Source: Balanoglossus misakiensis
Taxonomy: Eukaryota > Animalia > Hemichordata
Assembly: GCA_040954595.2 (NCBI GenBank)
Contig: CM082577.2
Coordinates: 8,953,846-9,017,845 of the forward strand
Reading direction: 5' to 3'
DNA: 64,000 nucleotides
The position numbers and the translations under genes were made by a program. Every line of letters begins with the position of its first letter. Positions within the stretch are counted from its first letter, which is position 1. The notes beneath the pieces were generated by a model that was not told the DNA's origin, made no database searches, and saw only the letters and a program-made list of their open reading frames with translations. Shown piece by piece: positions 28,001 to 38,215 of this stretch.

Positions 28001-31000
28001 TTCACAGCTGCGGTCTTTGGAGCATATTTCCAATGCTTCAAAAACCAACAATTTTGTGGATCGATATATATAATCGTTACAACTGGCATGCACTGCCACA
28101 AACTTCAGACATACCTCAGCCAACTTCTTCTCTAGCTGTTCTTCCTGTTTCACAACTTTAGCATTGAGAGTCATCACTCTGGAATCAAGATCAGCCAGTC
28201 CTCGTAGACCTGTCTCATTCTGTTCTTCAAAAAGGGACTTCAACTTTTCTTGAGCCTAAACATAGAGCAGATACATTTTGAGCCATGATTAAAGGTATAC
28301 AGTCACCTCCAATTTACACACGCCCACATGGATATATGGCTGAAATAGATATTTTTGGTGTTATATCATATGAATTATTCTTCTTGGTGATTAATGATTC
28401 AACATGACATTTCTTGAGAGATCTTTTTTGAGCAAATGCCAGAAGTCAGTTTTTCTATATACTACTTCAATCATCAATCACCCACCACTTGAGCCGAATC
28501 ACCAACTTGTGCATTGATGCCACCTATTGCTTGCTGTAATGTGGAGATGGCGACACCAAGTTTTTCCTGCACATCTTCAATTTTGTCTTCTATCTGTTTG
28601 TCTTGTAGTTGCCTGTTTCAAGTGATGCATAGTTACAAATATTTTTACTTTAAATTTCACTTAAACAAGAAGTGAAAAAATATTTCCACTACAACTAAAA
28701 ATCTAAAACGGAACTTTATAGCAGAAATAGCTTTGCACTTTCCAAGAAAGAAACATGATTTACCTCGACTTGATTTCAGCTTTCATAACTTGCTCTAACT
28801 GCTTCTTGGTTTCAGCTTGTTGCTTTTCTAAAGTTTCGATGGCATCATTGGTTTTGTTGAGACCATCATATTGCTTGTGTTTGTCAATCTGAAATTTTAA
28901 ATGTGATTATAAGAAGAAAACTCACTTTATAGTGGAAAGGTGTTTTTTTAAACAGCAATTTATATACAGCATAAAACAACCTGTTGAATGCACTGATGTG
29001 GTTTGCTCAAATCTCTATTTTGTCGTTCCTTTGGTGAAGGGGAAAAACTGCATTTGAACTACATGTACGAATTGGATTCAACCCTGTTGATACAAATGTA
29101 TGCGTTGGATAAAAATTGGCACATTCTACAGAAATAGGGGAGTTTTGTATAACCCTTTCACCCCCCTTTCCCTGTGTAAAGGTCCAACATTACCATAGAA
29201 AACAATGGGTTTGGACCTAACCATGGTGGTGAAAGGGTGGTCGTGAAAGAGATATGCACAGTCCTGTCACCTATGGCAGCTAGGATATTGGTTTAATCAG
29301 GGATTCCCCGTATATTGAGAAATGTGAAGAAACGGATACTTACCCTGTGACCTTCCCTCACATTTAGCACTTCGTCCTCTGTTAGTCTCTGTAACGCATT
29401 CCATCTCTTCTCATTTTCATCCCTCATGGCTTGTTCATGAGCTATTCTAGCTGCCTGCTCCGCATGTAAATACTGCAAAAGATGACATAGAAAATAGTAT
29501 TGTATGTGCAATTCATTGTCAAAACATTGGGTTAAAAAATATAAAACTCAAAATAAAAATCATTACTCTAAAAAAATTACATGATTACCTTTTCTATGTT
29601 TGCAAATTTTTGTTGGGCTTCTTCTCGAAGCCTGATTTCTTTGTGCAAGATTTTCTTGCTGACTTCCTCTGCAATCTCGGCTATTTTTCCTTGCATTTTG
29701 AGTCTCTCGTTGTCTGCGGCGTGTTCTCGTTCTCTCTGTATCACGTCCAAGGCGTGCATGGCCTCATCTCGCTTTCTTGAATGCTCGTGAATTTGAGCTT
29801 GTACGTCGTTCATTCTGTGGTGTATGAAATAAGGAAAAATTATGCTAAACTCCCCTCTTTAAAAGATATCATTGGTGAATAAGAGGTAACATTTAAAGGA
29901 AGCGGTTGACATTCTGTCAAAATTAAGAAACTGGTCAGCAGTGCCTTGAAGGTATACGGTCACCTATGCAAATTTAGCTACAGTACCATGGTAAACTTGA
30001 GATCTAGCCAATCACAGATTTTCAGTGGGTGGCACACACGAAAAAAAAGAGCGCTAACATATGTTCTTTAGAACACTCAAATACACCATTTCAGCCATGC
30101 ATGTATGGGCCTAATGTAAATTGGAGGCGAGCGTATACCTTTAACAGGAAAGTAGATAATTCTTTTGTTTTTCTATTAGCAATATTGCACAAAATGTGAC
30201 ACAAAATGCTTTACTTGACATTAAACTGTCAAATGTCCCTGTCGTCTCTCTTAACAAGTGACAGAACCATGTATGTCATAGGCAAGTCATGTAATTGCTC
30301 ATTACTTGTAACTACAGAGTGCCAAAGAATCTATTCATTTGAATCAAAATAAAACGCTTACTTAATGTAGTATTGATTTTCATTCTGTCTCCTTTCGGTC
30401 TCTTCTTGTTGTACGCGATTCCTGATGTCCATCAATGCATCTCTTATTTCTCCTAACCTGTTGAGATATTATTTGACATGGAAATGTGGTCATTGCAAGA
30501 ACATGCAATCTCTCTGGTACTTTTGTACTTTCAAGCATGTAAAAGGACGTTTGGAAATACATATAGAGGTATGTACATGCTAATTTGAAAACATAAATGA
30601 TGGTACATGCTGAGCAAGGCTGATGAGAATTAAGGCAATAATGTATAATGAATACTGAAATGATTATTACACGGTGCAATTAATGCATAAATGCCTATTC
30701 TTGCAGAATTTGTTGTGGTATATCACATCTTGTTTGTATATGTTTGGAAGCATATACATGTACACTAACCTGGACTCAATCTGTGCTCGTAGCATGTTGG
30801 TAGCTTGATCAGAAGACGATTGACTTTCATGAGATTTACGTTGATATTCCATCTATTATGAAAGCGTGTTTTTTTGTATAGCAAGCATGCATGTAGATGA
30901 AAAAAAGTAGAAACAAAAATGTTGGATTTATGTGTGACATAATTTCAGATGACTATATACCACAAGCTCGAAACCTCCACAATTGTACAAAAATGTACGC

Positions 31001-34000
31001 AGATGCACACTTGACAATGGCGGGGCAAATTTAAAGTAACTAACCAATTAAAAAATATACAAATATAAAGGTGGTGAAAGACACGTTCAAGTCGAATTTT
31101 AAGTTGAACAAACGACTGCTCCATAAAAATCATTAACTGCACGTACACAGCAAATCAATATAAACATACATGTAACATACTCAGATTATTCAAAAATACA
31201 AACGAACAGAAATTTCAGGACTTCTCAACGATATGAGAGGGGGAAAAACAAGAATCAAAGCAAAGATAAAACTGAACTTTTTAAAACTTGAAACTCTGAT
31301 GAAATAATCCTTACCTTCTGTTATTCCAAATGCAGTTGAAAAGATTGATAGAAAAATAGCAAGGTTTAAAACAGTGTGATTGAAATAAGTATAACACAAT
31401 TCAGCTATAGCCACACCCTTGTACATCAAACACTGAATGGGGAATTCACTGCACAAAGGAATATCAGATTTTTGAATATGGTCATTTCAAATATCCCTAA
31501 ATAATCGCAAAGATCTCTTTAAAATCCCCTTTTACATCGACATGAAATTTACCACAATGACATATACCAACACACTCACCGCTTGTCTGTTATCCTCTTC
31601 AAGTCTTTTCGACCTTTCTTTCAACTCGTGTAAAACCCCATTATATTCCATTTGTTGCGTGTCTACTCTACTTTTAAGTGTGCGTATTTCATCGACAAGT
31701 GTCGCTGTTGCCCTTTCCATCTGGTCACGCATCCTGTTGGCTTCATCTAAGTCATTTCGTAGCTCAGCAATCCTGAAATACAGTGAAAGGTATACGGTCA
31801 CCAATGGAAATTTAGCTACAGTTGCCATGGTAAACTTGAGATCTAGCCAATCACGGATTTTCAGTTGGGTGGCACACGCAAAAAAAAGAGCGCCACCATA
31901 TGTTCTTTAGAACGCTCAAATACGCCATTTCACCCATATATGGGCATATGTAAATTGGAGGTGACTGTTAAAATTAATACTAAACACCAACGCTTAACTG
32001 AGAAAAGTCATGTAAGGTTGTAGGTTAAACCAAAATATATTTGCATATCAAGAATAATATACCCCCCCCCCCCCAATAAAAAGTAACATACTTTGCAAAT
32101 TGTTGATCTCTTCTGGATAAAATTTCTTGTTGACTTCCTAAGACGGCTTGCTCCACCTGTTTTGTGTGATTCACCAAAGCACCGACCGCCGCCCTCTCAT
32201 CTTGCACTTTTTCTTCGGCTCTTTTGAGTCGGGCTCCCAGCTGTCCGATGAGGTCATTGGCTGCTCGTAAATTTTCTGTCAGGTGTTGTCGCGCCTGTCT
32301 TTCTGCTCCGAGAGAATCCTCTGTTCTTCGGTGCGACTGTTTCAAGTCTCCTGTTAAAGCATAAAAACTTTTTTTCAATTGTATGGCCAGCCCAAAATAA
32401 ATTTCTATTGACTGACTGAAAGAACTTATAATAAACAGATCATGTTCAGTTACAGCCCAATTAACCTGTGTTTAGTGGCCACCTCTATATAGTGGTTACT
32501 TTGTTACAGTCCCTCTGTAATTTACATGTGGCCACTTATGTTTAAAAGCTATAGTTTATGAAAGTCTCTTGACTGGCCACTATAGATGGGTTTGATGCTC
32601 ATTCCAAACCTGGCAATGAATGAGACTTCAATGTTCTTGTGAGTAGACTATTGTGGACATGCCCTTTCTTCATCTACATCTACATGTATGTACATGTATC
32701 TCTGAACGAAATACAACTGACAGAAGATGCAAATATACCTTGCAACCTGACCACCTCTTCCAGTAGAGCTCTATTGGACTGTTCAGCAATCCCCAGTCTC
32801 TGTTCCAACTGTCTTGATCTGCCGCCGGGATCGCTGAAATCGTTGTAAGGTGGTAGTTGACTGAGACTGGAAAGCTGGGACTTCCTTCCATAAGGAACCA
32901 CTTCCCTGTCTTGAGGTGGGGGTGTTGAGGCGATTCCGGGCAGTGGGAGTGGTCTGTTTCCCTGGAAATACCTGGAATGAACGGAAGAATTAACACAAGA
33001 TTTTAAATGCAACATGCATGCAGTGAAGCTTGGAATAAAAACAGTCTAGTACATGTATCTGTGTAATTTCTACTTGGCACAAAACATACCTATACCCTTA
33101 GGAATCACATGAACAATGACTAACAGTAATTCAATTATTCAACAGGTGGTTGTAAGTCAATGATTTTGAAGTGAGATTTTGAAACAATACAAAAACCTGC
33201 AGACTTTTTCTTTGAAATAAGATGGTATGAATACTGATCTAGATCTTATTTAAAAAGACAACGAATTGATGTGTAAATTAATATTAATAGTGATCTTTGT
33301 CAAGAATGTCAGGTCATATAATTATAAATAAGGGATTTTAAAAAACACCCAATTACTAATCGTTAAGGTAAACTTTGTCTTTTTTCTGTCTGGTTGTTAT
33401 ATTCAGAAATTGTCTAGTACATAACTGTGTAAAAATGATAGAATATTTGCAGCACCATGGCTAACAAGTTTTCTCTTTAGACTGACGAGGAAACAACTGG
33501 GGCCTACATCCCATCTGACTCTAAAACCAACAACTACAGCATTTATTCACAAAGTCTGTCTACAAAATAATGGTGCCACGACAGGAGGTGAAATTTACAA
33601 AAGAAACGCAACGCAACTAAATGCAGCGGATCAATATTCGTCTTTTTTTTCTCTCTTTCAAACTGCAGCCAATTTGCGTAATTTGCATGTCTGGGATCAA
33701 TATAATCTATAACTATGTAAATCTTGCTGTGTATTTGACAATGACTGAAATGTTCTCAACAGTGGTGACTTTCATCAGTCACGAATTTCACAAACAGCGA
33801 CGGCGGTAGCAACTAATGTACTAGAGTTTCATACATAAAAGACACGTTACTTTTAAATCTAATGTGATTTAGAGTCAGTGCATTCACGAAACAGTTATTA
33901 TTTTGGACCTTTATACTACCACTAATGTCTTTTATAATTTATATTAAGGAGCTGTCCAGTCAAAATGATTATCACATGAAAATATAAGTCACCATCTTGA

Positions 34001-34613
34001 TTATCAGTCATATCTTCGATGACTTCTACTGATGTCTGATTTTCACGGACAAAACTTGACTAGTATCGACAGTTTGTATGCAACTTAATATTGTCCCAAC
34101 TGCTCTTAAATTCCAATTATTCTAATCAAACCATGGCTTCAGTGAAGTGCCTAAATCAACTCTCGTGACAATTAGATGCTCACCACTAGGTGTCCTAATA
34201 ATGATAATGTCAATATTATATTTTAGGGTAGATTTTCAGAATACACCTCTCTAATTGCGTTGAAATTTGGTTTGTCATCATTTTGTATCCCAATGCACAA
34301 AGATTCTAACATCCGCAAAGCTAGAAAGAGTGCAAATAAGCTAATTACCACATCCCAACACCCTAAACTAGAAAAAAATCTAATTACCATATCCCAACAC
34401 CCTAAATTAGAAAAAAAATCTATCACATTGCCATCTTTGAGGTCGGAACCACAATGATCAGTGACCCAGTTGCGATTTGCCTTTTTAACATTCAACCTCT
34501 ATTGATCAACAAGTGTTGGTTACTACTGGCGAATACACTGCAGAGAAAACAACTTACTCAAATTCTTTGGTCCTGGCTGGATCTTCATAGAATCCGTTGG
34601 TGAAGTTCGACAT
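21510..34613 (-). CDS. CCDC154: CCDC154-like coiled-coil protein, paralogue A (about 794 aa with last exon 23774-23923, about 908 aa with last exon 21510-22001)
   Basis: Exons in transcript order: 34558-34613 (MSNFTNGFYEDPARTKEF), 32739-32971, 32092-32350, 31580-31772, 31315-31317, 30770-30852, 30362-30457, 29589-29814, 29344-29472, 28764-28888, 28486-28612, 28115-28255, 27072-27098, 26853-26864, 25997-26116, 25714-25790, 25383-25602, 25040-25060, 24681-24767, then 23774-23923 or 21510-22001. All GT-AG, phases consistent, frame open. Family call rests on remembered similarity of MERATATLVDEIRTLKSRV, MQGKIAEIAEEVSKKILHKEIRL and EDIGDWRDSTDKILRDLKERMD to vertebrate CCDC154 segments; needs HMM/BLAST confirmation. 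Confidence 0.82.
22653..22743. mobile_element. Short foldback element, 24-bp imperfect terminal inverted repeats
   Basis: CCTAGTACCGCGCCGTATTTTGTC ... GACAAAATACGGCGAGTTACTAGG (2 mismatches); CpG-rich within a CpG-poor intron; no clear target duplication. Confidence 0.55.
23774..23923 (-). CDS. Paralogue A proximal alternative last exon (RKEEIEDLQTLFEEIQEKFDG...PDEKR*)
   Basis: Phase-0 acceptor TAAGCAG, stop at 23774, AATAAA immediately downstream (23760-23765). Homologous to 39700-39882. Confidence 0.75.
   Translation of the reverse strand, partial: RKEEIEDLQTLFEEIQEKFDGLPRRKSGNKPKTHEKDKDKGKQKPDEKR
25040..25060 (-). CDS. 21-nt microexon (INQKLVD), copy A
   Basis: TAATTACAG|ATCAACCAAAAACTGGTAGAC|GTAAGT; copy B equivalent 41345-41365. 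Confidence 0.8.
26853..27098 (-). CDS. Consecutive microexons of 27 nt (27072-27098, TLSALKEEK) and 12 nt (26853-26864, ESKK), copy A
   Basis: Canonical AG/GT flanks, phase 0, same sizes at the same positions in copy B; TGCTGC upstream of the 12-nt exon. Confidence 0.72.
28293..28347. mobile_element. MITE family 2 terminal fragment
   Basis: TTAA|AGGTATACAGTCACCTCCAATTTACA matches the reverse complement of the family right end. Confidence 0.6.
29153..29237. mobile_element. piggyBac-like MITE copy
   Basis: CCCTTTCACC...GGTGAAAGGG with interior similar to 41652-41737; TTAA flanks degraded. Confidence 0.65.
29950..30140. mobile_element. MITE family 2 (AGGTATAC...GTATACCT, TTAA-type flanks; Kolobok-like), full copy
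   Basis: TTGA|AGGTATACGGTCACCT ... AGGCGAGCGTATACCT|TTAA; related copies at 31788-31968, 21335-21463 and 28293-28347. Confidence 0.8.
31315..31317 (-). CDS. 3-nt microexon (AAG, Lys), copy A
   Basis: CATTTGGAATAACAG|AAG|GTAAGG; same island in copy B at 48192-48194; flanking exons join in phase 0. Confidence 0.65.
31788..31968. mobile_element. MITE family 2 copy, about 15 nt from the exon 4 acceptor of copy A
   Basis: High similarity to 29950-30140; right terminus eroded. Confidence 0.75.
34341..34419. repeat. 39-bp tandem duplication in intron 1 of copy A
   Basis: CTAATTACCA(C/T)ATCCCAACACCCTAAA(C/T)TAGAAAAAAAT twice. Confidence 0.85.
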
Positions 34614-36272
34614 GGTCGAATCTCTGTTACAACATTGAAAACACCGGGAAAAAACAACTTTCCTTCCCGAGGTGGAAAGAGGATCTGTGGTTCAACTCCT
34701 TGGAATGTGATGAATTATTGATATTTCATATTGATCTGTTTCGTTTAGGAAGTGTTTGCACTGCTAACATTACCCTCCATCTGTAGGCTACTCTATTTTC
34801 ATGAAGGTGAGGCCAGATGATTATCTGAGGGGAGACTATTAAGTTATCACGGGAGGTTCATTCACTATTCAAATGTGCAAGTCGCCAAATTCCAAGAGTC
34901 TCATGCAAACATTTTGTAAGCATTTTAATTAATTATAGCAAGTTTTTAAACAGCGTCGATTTTCAATTTTTATCATATTAAGAATCAACTTTATTTTATT
35001 GCTTGGCAAAAGTTTTAAGTACTGTGGTATGTGACATGCAACAGCACAGTGACAGGCATTCATGTAAGAAGAAAGGGTTGGGGTTGTCAATAAATTAAAA
35101 AGAAAAAAACATTTTAAAAGTGACAAAAAAGACATAGGCAAATCTTTTCAATAATCAATTATATATTCTTTTTAAATAAAACTCATCTCTGAACAAAAGG
35201 CGTTATCTCAAATATGAAAGCTATACATACATAAGAAATATTACAATCATTAGTATTCTTCAAATAGTCTCATAGCCTCTTATTAATACATATGTACATC
35301 TTAAGAACATGGGAAGAAATGTTTTTGAGGGAGTGATATTTACATGTACGTATGGGTACCTGAAATGAATAAAAGAATGAGCTACACAGTTAGAAGACAA
35401 TTGTAATCTAGAAATCTATATAAAATGGGGAATAACTTGATTCAGGAAAAGGTTGAGTTGAGGTGATATCTATCATTTTAAACACTGTTCTCTTGTTGTT
35501 GACCCACACCATTTTAATATAAAACTGTTGTGATGGGGTTCTGTTCACACATACGTGCCTGAATGAAATTTTGTCAAATATAATATTAATAACAAAAGTG
35601 CTGGAAAATGAAACTGATTTTCCTCAATTTATCAATATGGATAACTATTATTTGGCACAAGAGTGACAGCCACCACCTGGACTCGGGTAGAGTTGGGCGC
35701 GAGACTTTTGAGTTGAGAGAAACCTTACGCAAACGTGCACTGATTTTAGTGTTCAAATGTACTATGAAATTTGACAAAAAATAATGTTACAATAAATAAC
35801 ATTCATGACATCAATCCACAAGTTTTGAAAGTATAGCTGCCATGACAATACAGTAACTTCATAGCAAATACGGTGATGCTGCAAGGGGAATGTGTTGTGG
35901 CTTGTGTTCAAGTTGTCAAAGTTTATCTCGTTCGCTTGGCCCTTTTTCAAAAACAGCGGGAAAAAAACCCCGACTAGAATGCCTATCCAATCCTTCATAA
36001 AACCTGTCTGATTTTATTCATGGGTTTAGAAATTCTTATTTGTAAGCCCAGATGCAAGCAGTTGCCTTCATGCTCAAGAGTCTGCAAATTATGTCTTAGG
36101 AAATTTTAGAATTTTACAGTCATTTGGCTGATCAAGATTCACTACAAACACTCCTTGCTGTGTATAAATACCAAGTCAACTGACATACATCATGCAACTT
36201 AACAGGATTTTCTTCTCTGACAGTTTGAACACTAGAATGCATTTTCTCCCCCCGCTACCTTCCCTTTCCATC

Positions 36273-36545
36273 TCAACTATGTCCTGGCTCGGTTGGTTTA
36301 TCATCTGCAGCATCCCCTCCCGTCGGTCCGTCATCTCCTGTCTCAGACTGCGACTTATCGTCCCTTGGCTCATCCAAATCCTGATCATCCCTCGCCGGCT
36401 GATCCTCTCCCACGTCAGAATCCTGCCTCTTGTCTTTCGGCGGAGTTGAATCGCGAGACGGAGGAGGTTTGCCTTCTTCGACGTGGTCCACTCTTTTCTT
36501 GAGCTTCTCGTGCAGTGTCTTCAGTTCTGCTAAGTTCCTGCGAAT
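36273..36545 (-). CDS. Paralogue B distal alternative last exon (IRRNLAELKTLHEKLKKRVDHVEE plus acidic Pro-rich tail)
   Basis: Phase-0 acceptor TTTCTTTTTGATCAAAAAG, 91 codons. Homologous to 21510-22001. Confidence 0.72.
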   Translation of the reverse strand: MRRNLAELKTLHEKLKKRVDHVEEGKPPPSRDSTPPKDKRQDSDVGEDQPARDDQDLDEPRDDKSQSETGDDGPTGGDAADDKPTEPGHS

Positions 36546-38184
36546 CTTTTGATCAAAAAGAAATAAACCAGAATAAGTTTCTTCTCATGGATGAAAAATA
36601 TACTGTAAAACACTTTATTTTAGCGAGCAATAAATTTTCGCGAAATACGCTAGAGCCAAAATAGCGTGAAAATAAAAAGTCGCGTACATTTTTTTTTGAA
36701 GATACCTATGCAGTGAATGAAATAAGAGAACGCGAAAATTAATACTCGCGAAACAGTGGCCTCTCTCGATATCGCGAAAAATTTCAACTCGCGAAAATAA
36801 AGTGTTTTACAGCACAACAGATGTAACACACAAATTCTGGTTAAACCCATGACCCTTTAAGTTAAAAATAAATGTAAAACCTGTCACTGAAAATAAAAAA
36901 GACAATTCAAATGTAACAGAAAAGGAGTGATACTTTCAGGATGAGTGATGAAAAATAAAATTACATGACAAACACAGACAAATACATGCATTGTCATCAC
37001 AAACAAAACATGTGCAAAAGTTACATGCATGAAATGTAAACCACGATTCCATAACCTGCGGATGATTATTATTAATCCCCTGTAAAAAGTGCGCTTTAGT
37101 TTGTGAATGGTAAAACTCTTCATGCAACGTGTACGCGCGAGTCAAAAACAATGACCATGCAAAGAGAAGGGTTATACATAATGTCCAGTTTGAAACCATT
37201 CCCAATGATAATCATTGCAAGCTCTGTATCTACAGCTGCAGTTTGCCACATTTAGGTTTTCCTTGAAAAATACCCGTTTTAACTATTATCGACAGATGTC
37301 GTTATAACGACTGACTATACTTTTTCTATAAGAACTGAAAGACTAGCATGTTTGCTTTTTGTCACACTGAGTTAAAATGGGTTTAGGCGTGTCTGTGTAC
37401 CAGGTCTGCAGAAAGAGAAAGACAGACAACTTAGCAGAATGGACCTCATCCAGAGCTTGTAAAAACTGGGAATGAAAACATACTGAACAGTACACACAAA
37501 GAGTGCATATTAAGAATGGTGCTTCAACATGCGAACGATCATCTTATAGGGGACGATGTACACTTATAGAAGCAACATGGATGTGAAAGGAATCTTACTG
37601 TTTCCATGGTAAAAGCTTGGTTTCCATGGTAAATGGTCTTCACGCAAATGAGTTGAATGCCAGTTTGAGTACAAAGCTATGTATGCAATTGGTGCAGGGG
37701 AAGCAATATCCTTTGATGAAAGACGATTTACTCCTAAGTTTGATTTGTTCACAGAGGTTAGCTTTTCCAATTGAAAAGTCAGAAATCAGAGTTCAAACGA
37801 GGTCATCAGAGTGGTCCAGATGCTTGCAATCACCCAATCCTGTCACACTTGTCCATTGTATGTTCCAGTTGTCTCCGTAGACTCAAGAAACGTGTGTTCA
37901 TTGAAGTGACATCAGAAAAAATGTAAATTGATAAGAAGTGCCTCATAGTTGTTAGCTCCTTATTTTTTATAAAGGCACTTTGACAAAAAATCCTTTCAGT
38001 GGTTCTTTGGGTCTCTCTTTTTGCGAGAATCGCCATCCTTCTTACTTTTCTTTCTTTTGGCGTCTTCTTTTTTAGAGACACCACTGTTTGGCTTTGCACT
38101 ACCATCCTTGTTTGCGTCATTCTTTTTGTCGTCAGCATCTTTTCCGTTTTTCTCCTCCTGCTCTTCATCTTTGCCGGCTTCATT

Positions 38185-38215
<31 letters not shown>

